Assembly (NCBI GenBank): GCA_964619975.1
Contig: CAZUIY010000341.1
Span: 1,393 to 65,392 of the forward strand
DNA from: an uncultured Gemmatimonadales bacterium
GTDB lineage: Bacteria; Gemmatimonadota; Gemmatimonadetes; JACCXV01; JAHWKZ01
Length of the DNA stretch: 64,000 bases
Direction: 5' to 3'
In this document: piece after piece, positions 18,629-26,900 of the stretch
Layout of the letters: each line of letters begins with the position of its first letter
Position numbering within the stretch: the first letter of the stretch is position 1
Made by a program: the position numbers and the translations under genes
Notes under the pieces: generated by a model
Told to the model about the DNA's origin: nothing
The model's database searches: none
What the model saw: only the letters and a program-made list of their open reading frames with translations

Positions 18629-19046
18629 CGACGATGTAAGGGACGTGCTGACGACGCTGGATGAGATATCGGCCGGCGGGCAGCGCATGGTCGCGCTCGC
18701 GCACGATCGGCTGCGCGCGGCGCAGGCGGCGCTCGCGGGGGGCCGCTTCGACGCGGCCGAGGATCGGCTGGCGGAGGCCACTAGCTACGTCAGCCCGCTC
18801 GCGCACGCCGAGCGCGGGCTGGCGCAGGTCGGGCGCCACACGCGGCTCGTCGACGCCTGCGATCTGGAGGTGGGGATGCGGGTGCCCGGACAGGGCGAGG
18901 TTGAGGGCGTCAGCCAGCGGCCGGGGTCGTTCGGAAGGGTGCTGGTCGAGGTGCGCTTCGAGGGGTGCCCGCACCTGCACACGATTCCCGCCGACGCGGC
19001 GATGCCCGTGGAGATGAACTCCGACTCGGACTCCGCTCCCGCGTGA
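18621..19046 (+). CDS. hypothetical protein
   Basis: 141-aa ORF overlapping the neighbouring genes by 8 and 4 nt. Confidence 0.4.
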   Translation: MADDDVRDVLTTLDEISAGGQRMVALAHDRLRAAQAALAGGRFDAAEDRLAEATSYVSPLAHAERGLAQVGRHTRLVDACDLEVGMRVPGQGEVEGVSQRPGSFGRVLVEVRFEGCPHLHTIPADAAMPVEMNSDSDSAPA

Positions 19047-19513
19047 AGCGGGATAGGCCGCTGCGCGCCGATCCGGCCAAGACGCTCGACTGGCAGCGTC
19101 GGAGTAGGGCGCGCGCCGCCGAGCGGTCCCGGGAGAAGCCGCGCGCGCCGCTCAAGCGCGGCAGGCCAAAGCGGAAGGCGCGCATACCGCCGGAGATGCG
19201 GGCGCGGGTCTTCGCACGCTCCGACGGGCGTTGCGTGCGGCCTGGCTGCCGTCGCCGTGCGCGGCGACCGCACCACGTGCTAGAGGAGCAGCACTTCCCG
19301 GAGCTCGCTCTCGTGGAGGACAACCTGGTCGGGGTCTGCGACCGCTGCCACGCGCAGCACCACGCGGCCCTGCCAAGGCTGCCGCTCAAAGCGCTACCTT
19401 CGTGCGCCCTGGCGCTGGCGCGCCGCGTCGGTCGTCGCGCCGAGGCGTTCATGGAGAGGACGTACCCCGCGCCCGGCGGAACCGGGCAACGACGAGAGGA
19501 GCCCGATGGCTGA
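19043..19513 (+). CDS. HNH endonuclease
   Basis: HNH motif CVRPGCRRRARRPHHV...NLVGVCDRCHAQHH; GTG start overlapping the upstream stop. Confidence 0.65.
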   Translation: MKRDRPLRADPAKTLDWQRRSRARAAERSREKPRAPLKRGRPKRKARIPPEMRARVFARSDGRCVRPGCRRRARRPHHVLEEQHFPELALVEDNLVGVCDRCHAQHHAALPRLPLKALPSCALALARRVGRRAEAFMERTYPAPGGTGQRREEPDG

Positions 19514-20024
19514 CGAAGACGAGCAGGGGACGGCGGCAGAGGAGCGGCCGCTGGACGACGCGGCCTCGATCCAGGATCGCGCCGCCAACGGCGAGCACGA
19601 GCAGGACCCGGAGCCGCCCGAGCCGCCGATGGAGGGCGAGGTGCAGCTGTCGATGAACATCGGCGGCATCGTCTCCAACCGCAACGCGCGGAAGGTGGAG
19701 GAGGCGACGCTGCGCCTGCTGGGCGGCAAGCGGCCGATCGGCGGGCTGCTGGACATCGACACCGAGTACGACCTGATCGTGCGCGTGCTGCCGGACCCGC
19801 CCACGCCGAAGGCGAACCGGGACTCGGCGACGCGCAAGACGCAGTCGTTCGACCTCGACCAGCAGGCGCAGGTGCTGCACATCCGGCGCGCCGACGAGGA
19901 GGCCATCGGCGACCTGTTCGCCGGTCTGCTCGATCGAGACCAGGCGGCGGCGGGCCGTCTGCTGGAGGCCATGACGGCCGCGTTCAAGGACGGCGAGGGG
20001 GCGGGCCTGCGGGCGGCCGCCTAG
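19506..20024 (+). CDS. hypothetical acidic protein
   Basis: 172-aa ORF ending just before a double hairpin. Confidence 0.45.
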   Translation: MADEDEQGTAAEERPLDDAASIQDRAANGEHEQDPEPPEPPMEGEVQLSMNIGGIVSNRNARKVEEATLRLLGGKRPIGGLLDIDTEYDLIVRVLPDPPTPKANRDSATRKTQSFDLDQQAQVLHIRRADEEAIGDLFAGLLDRDQAAAGRLLEAMTAAFKDGEGAGLRAAA

Positions 20025-20028
20025 CCGA

Positions 20029-20100
20029 AGCGGGGGGCGGGCGCAACGGTCCCGCCCCCCAAAGCGAAGCGGCCGCCCCTGGGAGTGGGGGCGGCCGCGG
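20029..20100 (+). terminator. pair of perfect GC hairpins (candidate intrinsic terminator)
   Basis: GGGGGCGGG-9nt-CCCGCCCCC, then GCGGCCGCCCC-7nt-GGGGGCGGCCGC, immediately after the stop at 20024. Confidence 0.5.
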
Positions 20101-20179
20101 AGTCAAATCCGACGAGCAGAGGAGTTGACGTGCAGGACGATAGCGAACGGGACGTACAGAGTCGTGCGGAGGCGGACGG

Positions 20180-21034
20180 GTGAGCGATGAGGCACCTCGG
20201 CGGGACGAGGTGGCGCGCTGGATTCGCCGCCTGCGCCTGGAGCCCGCGCAGAAGCTGATGCTGATGCTGGTTTTCGATCACGCCGGCCCGCAGGAGGACG
20301 GTAGGTGGGCGGCCTGGCCCTCGATGGGCGTACTTGCCGAGGAGGCGGGCTGGTCATCGACGGCGACTCCCCGCAAGCGCCTGGCCGAGCTGGAGGAGCT
20401 AGGCCACCTGATGCGCGAGGGGCGCGAGCGCGGCAACGGCTCGACCACCTCGAACCGGGTGGTGCTGCTGCCCGTTTTGAGCGGCGAACCCGCATCGCCA
20501 AGCCCCGCCACGGGATCGGCGGGGGGCCACCACGGGATCGGCGGGGGGGCCGCCACGGGATCGGCGGCCCATAAGCCCCAAGGTGAAGCAATAACGGGGA
20601 GGGAAGCGCGCGAGCGGGCGGTGGCTAACGGAGACCCGCTGCGGCTGACCTACCGGCGCAAGGTAGTGCCCGAGCCGACAGCGCACATGGCGGTGCGAAT
20701 GTTGAGGGAGTACGCCCGCGCCGCCGACCAGACGGTGCAGGCGTGGAAGCCGAGCGGCGAGCCAACCGAGGACTTGAAGCGGGTGCTGGGGGCGGTGCTC
20801 GACCATCCGGAGGTCGATGGCCGAGAGTGGGTGGGGGTAATTCGCGCGGTGCTGGCTCGCCCGTGGTGGGAGGGCGCGCCGTCGGTGGGCGTGGTGTTCG
20901 GGCCGCGGGTGGTGGCGGACAACCTGCGCAGTCCCGGCCGGGGCGGCGGCAAGCGGAAGACGGCGGCCGTGCAGGCCGTCGACGACAAAGAGGAACGAGC
21001 GCGGCGCCGGCTGGCGGCCGCCGGGAGGTTGTGA
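20180..21034 (+). CDS. helix-turn-helix DNA-binding protein (replication-initiation or regulator-like)
   Basis: 284 aa; N-terminal HTH-like region (LMLMLVFDHAG...GVLAEEAGWSSTATPRKRLAELEELGHL); contains an in-frame tandem repeat. Confidence 0.5.
   Translation: MSDEAPRRDEVARWIRRLRLEPAQKLMLMLVFDHAGPQEDGRWAAWPSMGVLAEEAGWSSTATPRKRLAELEELGHLMREGRERGNGSTTSNRVVLLPVLSGEPASPSPATGSAGGHHGIGGGAATGSAAHKPQGEAITGREARERAVANGDPLRLTYRRKVVPEPTAHMAVRMLREYARAADQTVQAWKPSGEPTEDLKRVLGAVLDHPEVDGREWVGVIRAVLARPWWEGAPSVGVVFGPRVVADNLRSPGRGGGKRKTAAVQAVDDKEERARRRLAAAGRL
20506..20570 (+). repeat. tandem repeat CACGGGATCGGCGG (3 copies, period about 23 nt) inside the HTH protein gene
   Basis: Encodes ATGSAGGHHGIGGGAATGSAAH; the sequence repetition is visible directly. 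Confidence 0.6.
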
Positions 21035-21035
21035 G

Positions 21036-21635
21036 ATGAACGACGGGAGATGGGCCGAGTACGTGTCGGAGCTGGAGCTCGCCTTCGAGGGATCGCTGGG
21101 CGAGATGGGCGAGAAGGTCTACCGGCAGCACCTCGGCGACATGGACTACGACCTGGCCAGGGCGGCGCTGTCGCTGCTGGTGGCCGACGGCCAGAAGTGG
21201 CTGCCGAAGCCCGGCGAGGTCATGGCGGCGGCGCAGCGCGTGGTCGGGCCGCGGCGGGTGCCGTGGGGCGAGGCGTGGCCGGCGATCGTCCACGCGATGC
21301 GCCACGCCGACGACGTCGAGGTGGTGCGCGAGGTGGCTCGGACGTGCGGCGAGGGCGCGGCGCGGTTCGTGCACCGTCACGGCGTGGGGCGGCTGCGGGT
21401 CGAGCCGACCGAGCATCCCGAGTGGGGCGGCGCCGCGCTGCGTCGGCTACAGGTCGAGTACGAGGACACGTGCGACGCGGTGCGCGAGGACGGCAAGGTC
21501 GGGCTGGCGCTCGCGCAGGCCGACAGGGCGGCGCTCGCCGCCGGCAGGCCCGGCGTCCGCGCGCTGGGCCGGCCCGGCGGCGCGGTGGCGGCGCTGCTGG
21601 GGGCAGGACCCGCGCCCGCCGAGGGGGCGGCTTGA
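21036..21635 (+). CDS. hypothetical protein
   Basis: 199 aa with protein-like composition; the overlapping alternative-frame ORF 21050-21847 is judged spurious for most of its length. Confidence 0.45.
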   Translation: MNDGRWAEYVSELELAFEGSLGEMGEKVYRQHLGDMDYDLARAALSLLVADGQKWLPKPGEVMAAAQRVVGPRRVPWGEAWPAIVHAMRHADDVEVVREVARTCGEGAARFVHRHGVGRLRVEPTEHPEWGGAALRRLQVEYEDTCDAVREDGKVGLALAQADRAALAAGRPGVRALGRPGGAVAALLGAGPAPAEGAA

Positions 21636-21847
21636 GCGCCGTGGCCGAGCGCCCGCCGCCCGGCGGGCTGGCGGTGTCGGGTCACGGGGTCGAGGTGCTG
21701 CCGCTGGCGAGCGACTGGCGCGGGCAGCCGCGCCTGCACTACTTCTCCTGCCGGTGCGGGGTGTGCGGCGAGCCGCGCCGCACGCGGGCGAGGGCGCACC
21801 TGGACGGGGGGGCGCACCTGTCGGCGGCGCGGCGCGCGCGTGGCTGA
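21632..21847 (+). CDS. small Cys-containing hypothetical protein
   Basis: 71 codons from a TTG overlapping the upstream stop; FSCRCGVCGE motif. Confidence 0.25.
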   Translation: MSAVAERPPPGGLAVSGHGVEVLPLASDWRGQPRLHYFSCRCGVCGEPRRTRARAHLDGGAHLSAARRARG

Positions 21848-22406
21848 GCTCCCCGTCACCGACGACGACGCGATCGCGGTCGGGTTCGACGTGACGGCCA
21901 TGAGCGTCGCGTCGCTCAAGGCGGCGGGGGTGCGCGTGGTGCCGTCGGCCATCGTCACGGTCACGCGCAAGGACCCCGTGTGGCTGACGCACTCCGAGTA
22001 CGAGGGCCGGAGCGAGGTCGCGGATCGGATGGCGCGCGCCTACGCCCGCTACGCGGCGCGTCGGCACTTCGACGCGCAGTGCCGACGGGTGGCCTGCGCC
22101 CTGTGCCGCGCGAAGCCCGGCGAGTGGTGCCACGGGCGGCTGAACGACCAGGTCGTCTCCTCGCACCCCGCGCGCCAGGACGCCGCGCGCGCGGCGGGGC
22201 TCCTGACGCTGGAGGGCCTGACGCTGTCGCGGACGTTCCCCTGCCTCGGGAAGTACCGGGTCCGCGAGCAGCTGCGGGCGATCAAGGTCGTGGAGTGCGA
22301 CCGCTGCGGCGACGAGATGGGCGTGAGGATCGAGCCGGAGAAGCCCGACGACGACGCGTTCGACGACCGGGAGGCGTCGTGGTCTCACGACGACATTCCG
22401 CTTTGA
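21840..22406 (+). CDS. hypothetical Cys-rich protein
   Basis: 188 aa; multiple CxxC-like pairs (CRRVACALCRAKPGEWCHGR ... ECDRCGDE). Confidence 0.45.
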   Translation: MAELPVTDDDAIAVGFDVTAMSVASLKAAGVRVVPSAIVTVTRKDPVWLTHSEYEGRSEVADRMARAYARYAARRHFDAQCRRVACALCRAKPGEWCHGRLNDQVVSSHPARQDAARAAGLLTLEGLTLSRTFPCLGKYRVREQLRAIKVVECDRCGDEMGVRIEPEKPDDDAFDDREASWSHDDIPL

Positions 22407-22555
22407 GCGCGCTGGCGGTGGTGCTGGTCGTGCAGGTGGCGACGTTCGTGGCGCTGGGCGCGGCGTTCTTGGCCGAGGGCCAGTGGCGGCTGGGCACCGC
22501 GCAGCTGCTGCTGGCCGCCGTGCAGGCGGTCGTGTACGGCGGGAGGATGGCGTGA
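22403..22555 (+). CDS. small membrane peptide
   Basis: 50 codons, TTG overlapping the upstream TGA; hydrophobic (LAVVLVVQVATFVALGAAFLA); GTGA-coupled to dam. Confidence 0.25.
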   Translation: MSALAVVLVVQVATFVALGAAFLAEGQWRLGTAQLLLAAVQAVVYGGRMA

Positions 22556-23430
22556 GGACCCCGCTGACGTACTACGGGGGGAAGCAGGCGTTGGCGCGCC
22601 AGATCGTCCCGCTGTTCCCGCCGCACCGCTCGTACCTTGAGCCGTTCGCCGGCGGCGCGGCGGTGCTGTTCGCGAAGGCTCCGGCCGAGCGCGAGACGCT
22701 GAACGACCTGGACGGTCAGGTGATGCGCTTCTGGCGAGCGCTTCGCGAGCGCCCCGACGAGCTGGCGGCGGCGGTGGCGGCGACCCCCTACGGCCGTCAG
22801 GAGTGGCGGGTCGCCGAGGCGGTGCGCAAGGGCCGCGCGCCGATGCCCGAGGACGACGTTGAGGCCGCGCGGCTGCTGCTGGCGTGCATCGACCAGTCGT
22901 TCTCGCGCTCGTCGGACGGGTGGTCGGTGCCGTGCATCGGCGACGGACGAGGTCGGTGGCAGCCCGGCTCGTGGGCGAACCTGCCCCCGAAGCTGGTCGC
23001 GGCGGCCGAGCGGCTGCGCAACGTGGCGCTGGAGAGCGGCGACGCCTGCGACCTGATTCCGCGCTGGGACGAGCCCGACGCGCTGCTGTACGTGGACCCG
23101 CCGTACACGGGCGAGCACCGCCGACGCGGGAAGCACGGGTCGGGCGGGATGAACGGCTACCTCGTCGACGACGACGGCAAGCTGTGGGGCCGGCTGGTCG
23201 AGGCGCTGCTGGGCCTGGAGCGCGCGGCGGTGGTCCTGTCCGGCTACCCGTGCGAGGAGGTCGGCGCGCTCGAAGGAGCGGGGTGGCGCCGCGTGCCGCT
23301 GAGGATGAGGCGCACCGTGCAGGAGCGCGGTGGCGACGCCCTGCCGATGGCCCCCGAGGTCGTGTGGCTGAACGAGCGGGTGCCCGACGCCCCGCAGACG
23401 CTGTTCGAGGAGGACGCCCATGAGTGGTGA
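22552..23430 (+). CDS. dam: DNA N6-adenine methyltransferase, Dam (D12 class) family
   Basis: Motifs YYGGK, EPFAGGAAVLF and DPPY (YVDPPYTGEH); GTG start overlapping the upstream stop. Confidence 0.85.
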   Translation: MRTPLTYYGGKQALARQIVPLFPPHRSYLEPFAGGAAVLFAKAPAERETLNDLDGQVMRFWRALRERPDELAAAVAATPYGRQEWRVAEAVRKGRAPMPEDDVEAARLLLACIDQSFSRSSDGWSVPCIGDGRGRWQPGSWANLPPKLVAAAERLRNVALESGDACDLIPRWDEPDALLYVDPPYTGEHRRRGKHGSGGMNGYLVDDDGKLWGRLVEALLGLERAAVVLSGYPCEEVGALEGAGWRRVPLRMRRTVQERGGDALPMAPEVVWLNERVPDAPQTLFEEDAHEW

Positions 23431-23917
23431 CCCGGCACCCGTGGACCTGTTCCACGCCCGCCACCACAAGTTCAAGAGGAAGCCCGGCGGCAAGCGCGGC
23501 TGCGCGGAGTGCGGCGGGGCGAAGCTCCACATGAGCCACGTGGGCGCCCCGCCGTCGCTGAACGTCCACGGGTCTGGCGCAAACGTGTTCACCTACCAGA
23601 CCATGAAGCAGAACTGGATGGAGCGGCTGACGCAGCTGCTGAGGGAGTCCGGGCTGCCGAAGGGCCTGGCCTCGGTCCGCGCGCGCGGCCAAGTGTGCTT
23701 CCCCGACCGCCAGCGCCGCGACCAGGGGAACTTTCGGTTCCTGATCGAGAAGGCCCTGGGCGACGCGCTCGTGAAGGGAGGGTGGCTGGAGGACGACGAC
23801 TGGTCGCGCTACCAGTTCGGCGACCTCGATTACGCCTACGACAAGGGCCAGAGCTGGACGGCGCTGACGATCTTCCCGCAGGGCGTGGAGGCACCCGACG
23901 GGATAGCGGAGGTATAG
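23420..23917 (+). CDS. rusA: RusA-like Holliday junction resolvase
   Basis: RusA catalytic region (PDRQRRDQGNF..IEKALGDALVKGGWLEDDDWS) matches the E. coli RusA pattern PDRRRRDLDN..K..DAL...G...DD. Confidence 0.65.
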   Translation: MSGDPAPVDLFHARHHKFKRKPGGKRGCAECGGAKLHMSHVGAPPSLNVHGSGANVFTYQTMKQNWMERLTQLLRESGLPKGLASVRARGQVCFPDRQRRDQGNFRFLIEKALGDALVKGGWLEDDDWSRYQFGDLDYAYDKGQSWTALTIFPQGVEAPDGIAEV

Positions 23918-23934
23918 TGCGCCGCGTACCCGAT
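23890..23934 (+). promoter_or_regulatory. promoter P1 of the conserved family (-10 TATAGT, leader GTACCCGATC)
   Basis: TATAGT-7nt-GTACCCGATC, then GGGAGG, then ATG 23955; located inside the 3-prime end of rusA. Confidence 0.5.
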
Positions 23935-23954
23935 CCACCTGCTGGGAGGCTTCG

Positions 23955-24404
23955 ATGATTGACCTCGATCGCGCGCTCCACGAGGCGCGCGACAAGCTGG
24001 ACAACGGCTCGCCGGCGAGCGCCGTGGAGGTGTTGCGCGACCTGACCGAGGCGGTGCAGAGCCGACGCGCCTCGGCGCGCCACCACGCCGACCGCATCCT
24101 GCGCGCCAGTGACGGCGACGAGGAGTGCCGCGACACGGTGGTCGACGACGCGGTGGCGCTCGCGGAGGGCGTGGCGATGCTGCCGCGCGTGGAGCTGATG
24201 GGCGAGGTTGAGGTGGCGGTCGCGGCGGGAGTCGCCGTGCGGTCGACGCCGCTGGCGGCTGTTCACTACGAGCTTGACCAAATCGCAAATCTTCCCGACC
24301 CTGTCGCGACGCTGGTCGCCGGACGGGTGTGGCTGGCGGACGACATACGGGCGCTGGTGCGCGAGCGCCTGAAGACCAACAACGACGAGAAGGGAACGAG
24401 CTGA
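23955..24404 (+). CDS. hypothetical protein
   Basis: 149-aa ORF downstream of P1 with a good SD. Confidence 0.45.
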   Translation: MIDLDRALHEARDKLDNGSPASAVEVLRDLTEAVQSRRASARHHADRILRASDGDEECRDTVVDDAVALAEGVAMLPRVELMGEVEVAVAAGVAVRSTPLAAVHYELDQIANLPDPVATLVAGRVWLADDIRALVRERLKTNNDEKGTS

Positions 24405-25363
24405 TGGCCGGACAGAGGACGACCCTGTCGCTGGGCGGGGTGGCGGCAGAGGTGTCGCTGGTGAAGATGAGCGGCAAGCCGAAGGACGCGCAGCACGAGG
24501 TGAGGTGGCCGGACCCGCCGGTCGGCGCGCCCGAGGGCGAGGGCGACCCGGTCGGCGATCTGGCCATGTCGTCGTTCGAGACCAAGGGCGACGCCGGCAC
24601 GAGCGGGCCGGGTGCCCCTCCGCCGGTCGACGTCGGCAGGGGCGACCCGCTCGGGGGGACCGAGCCGGAGGACCCTGCCGCCGGCTTCGCCGCGGCCGTG
24701 GGCGTGGGCGGCTCGGTCGAGCCGCCCCCCGAGCCGGTCAAGCCGATGCACGGCGTGACGCTGGAGTCCGGCAAGTGGGTGGACCTCACGGACCGCCTGG
24801 AGCAGATCGACGAGGCGTGCAAGCTGCCGGGCATGGAGGTCGTCTCCACGGTGCCGAGCGCGTCGATCCCGCGCGAGCGGGTGGTGGCCGCCAGCTGGGT
24901 GGCCAGCACGGACCCGCGCGCGGCGCGGGTGCTCGCCCTCCTGTGGCGCGGCCTCGACTCCACGACCCGCGTGGCGGCGGTGCGCTGGACGAAGCGGACG
25001 AACCAGGCGCTCGGCGTGCTCGTGCCCCGCACGCTGCCGGGCGGCAAGCGCGCCCTGGCCCTGCTGGAGATGGAGTGGGCCGAGAACATGCGGCCCGCGC
25101 CAGCATCGGCCACCGGCCCGATGGACGCGGACGTGTCGGACGCGGAGATGGACGCGGCGAAGCGGCTGGTCGAGGCGCTGGCCGGGAAGCCGTCGGAGCT
25201 CGACGAGCTGCGCGACGAGCGGCTGGCCAAGCGCGCGGAGCTGCTCAACCTGGCCCGCGAGGGCAAGGTCGAGGGGTACGTGGCGCCGGAGCCGCCAGCC
25301 GACGCCGAGCCGGTCGAGGACGTGGTCGCGCGCTGGGAGGCGCAGGCGGCCGCGCGATCCTGA
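24404..25363 (+). CDS. ku: Ku-like DNA end-binding protein (with about 100-aa Gly/Pro-rich insertion)
   Basis: The N-terminus (TLSLGGVAAEVSLVKM) resembles the first Ku beta-strand (SIAFGLVNVPVKVY). Core similarity to Mt-Ku across GKWVDLTDRLEQI ... ALLEMEWAENMR (Ku: LLWPDEIR) is judged from memory only. Confidence 0.45.
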   Translation: MAGQRTTLSLGGVAAEVSLVKMSGKPKDAQHEVRWPDPPVGAPEGEGDPVGDLAMSSFETKGDAGTSGPGAPPPVDVGRGDPLGGTEPEDPAAGFAAAVGVGGSVEPPPEPVKPMHGVTLESGKWVDLTDRLEQIDEACKLPGMEVVSTVPSASIPRERVVAASWVASTDPRAARVLALLWRGLDSTTRVAAVRWTKRTNQALGVLVPRTLPGGKRALALLEMEWAENMRPAPASATGPMDADVSDAEMDAAKRLVEALAGKPSELDELRDERLAKRAELLNLAREGKVEGYVAPEPPADAEPVEDVVARWEAQAAARS

Positions 25364-25366
25364 CGT

Positions 25367-25621
25367 GTGCGCGGCGGTAAGCGCCCCCTGCGCGGAGGCC
25401 CCCTCGACGGGGCAGAGTCGGCCGCCGGAGGCAGCCAGAAGTGGTTCGACCGAGGGGGCCGCGCTCACGCTCGCGCGGCCCCCGATCGACACCTCTACGT
25501 CCGACACGGCGACGAGTGGCGGTGGGCCGGCTTCGGCTATCGCGAGTGCGGGGGATGCGGGGCCGTGCTCAAGCCGAGCGAGGGGCGTCGCGCGGAGGCG
25601 TGTCCGCTCTGCGGAGCGTAG
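25367..25621 (+). CDS. small zinc-ribbon protein, or first repeat unit of the downstream multi-zinc-ribbon gene separated by a frame break
   Basis: 84 aa ending YRECGGCGAVLKPSEGRRAEACPLCGA (CxxC-16-CxxC). This is the same unit architecture as the repeats in the next ORF, which is in the +1 frame with no start codon of its own. Confidence 0.4.
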   Translation: MRGGKRPLRGGPLDGAESAAGGSQKWFDRGGRAHARAAPDRHLYVRHGDEWRWAGFGYRECGGCGAVLKPSEGRRAEACPLCGA

Positions 25622-26900
25622 GTGCGCCACGTGCCGGGAGGTCAAGCCGGTGGCCGAGTACGCGGGGCCGACCGCGCGGCGCTGCATCGCGTGCACGCCG
25701 CCGCCGGGCCGCCAGTGCGCGACCTGTGGCGAGCGGAAGGCGAGCGACGCCTTCGCGCCGCGCGCCCGCAGGTGTCAGGAGTGTCGGGCCCACCCGCCCC
25801 AGCCGCCGCCGAGGGCCTGCCGGCGGTGCGGTGCCGAGCACCCGGTGGCGGACTACCGGCGGGGCGGGACGCTGGGGCCCTGCTGCGCCGGCACGCCGCC
25901 GCCGTCGGCCACTCGGCCTCGGGCGTGCCTGCGCTGCCACGAGGTGAAGGCGAATCACGACTTTCCGTGGGGGGACAAGTCGCCGAACCGCAACCCGTCG
26001 AAGACGCCGCGCATGGGCCGGTACCGCCGCCGGTCGGGCGTCTGCCAAGAGTGCTGGGATCGCGAGGCTGCCGAGCGCGCCGAGGCCGCGCGGGTGGTGG
26101 CGGAGCGCCAGCGGGCGTACAGGTGGTTGGAGGACGGCGTGTTCGTGCGTCGCTGCCGGGCGTGCGACGAGGTGAAGGTGGAGGCCGAGGGCTACTACAC
26201 GAACGGGGCGCGTCGCAAGGACGGCACGCCTCGCTATCAGGGCAAGTGCAAGGCGTGCCTAATGGCCCACAAGCGGGAGCAGCTTCGCGAGCAGATGAAG
26301 GACCCGCACCTCGCGGCCAAGATCATCGAGGGCCGGCGCGAACGTCGTCAGCGCTGGCGGAAGAACAATCCTGAAAAGTATCACGCCGCGCAGCGCCGCC
26401 ACCGCGAGCGCGTCATGGCCGATCCGGAGCGCCGGGCGCGCCACCTTGAGAACCGGCGCATAGCGGGTCGCCTGCGGCGCGAGCAGGAAGGGCACGCCCT
26501 CGCCGTGAGTCCGACGCGGACGACGGCGCCCGCGGGGCCGGAGCGTGGGCGTCGGTGGCTGCCGTTGGCACCGCTTCTCGACCTGGTGCAGGGCCGCCTT
26601 CGGCAGGCGCTGGTCACCGATGCTGGCCTCGTGGTCTCGGCGCAGAAGGGGATGCCTACGCGGCGGTTGGTGTGCGAGGACCTTGGAATCAGCGCCCGCA
26701 CGCTGAGTCGGTGGGAGAGCGAGGGCGGCAAGGTCGAGCACGACACGGCCGATAGGGTGCTGACGCGCGCCGGCCTGCTTTGGCATGACGTGTGGTTCTG
26801 CGACGAGCACCCGCACCACCATGAGGGCTGCGAGGCATGCGCGGGCGCGGAGGCCGCCGAGGACGCCTGGGAGGGCGCGGGGTGCCTGGTCGCCGCCTGA
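25622..26900 (+). CDS. protein of about 7 tandem zinc-ribbon (CxxC-x15-20-CxxC) units with C-terminal HTH; start unresolved
   Basis: Repeats RRCATCREVKP..RRCIAC / QCATCGERK..RRCQEC / CRRCGAEHP..PCCAG / CLRCHEVK..CQEC / CRACDEVK..CKAC. HTH at LVCEDLGISARTLSRWESEG. The frame carries no ATG/GTG/TTG until after the first CxxC. Confidence 0.5.

Noticed and set aside
21050-21847. Alternative-frame + strand ORF overlapping 21036-21635
   Set aside because: Its translation is Gly/Arg/Ala low complexity for most of its length. Only its last about 70 codons (21632-21847) look protein-like, and these were kept as a small separate CDS.
25365-25621. N-terminal 85 codons of the 25365-26900 ORF as the true N-terminus of the zinc-ribbon protein
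   Set aside because: The stretch is S/T/A/P-rich with no Cys motifs. The overlapping +2 frame instead encodes a clean zinc-ribbon unit, so the 25365 frame is probably non-coding until about 25620.
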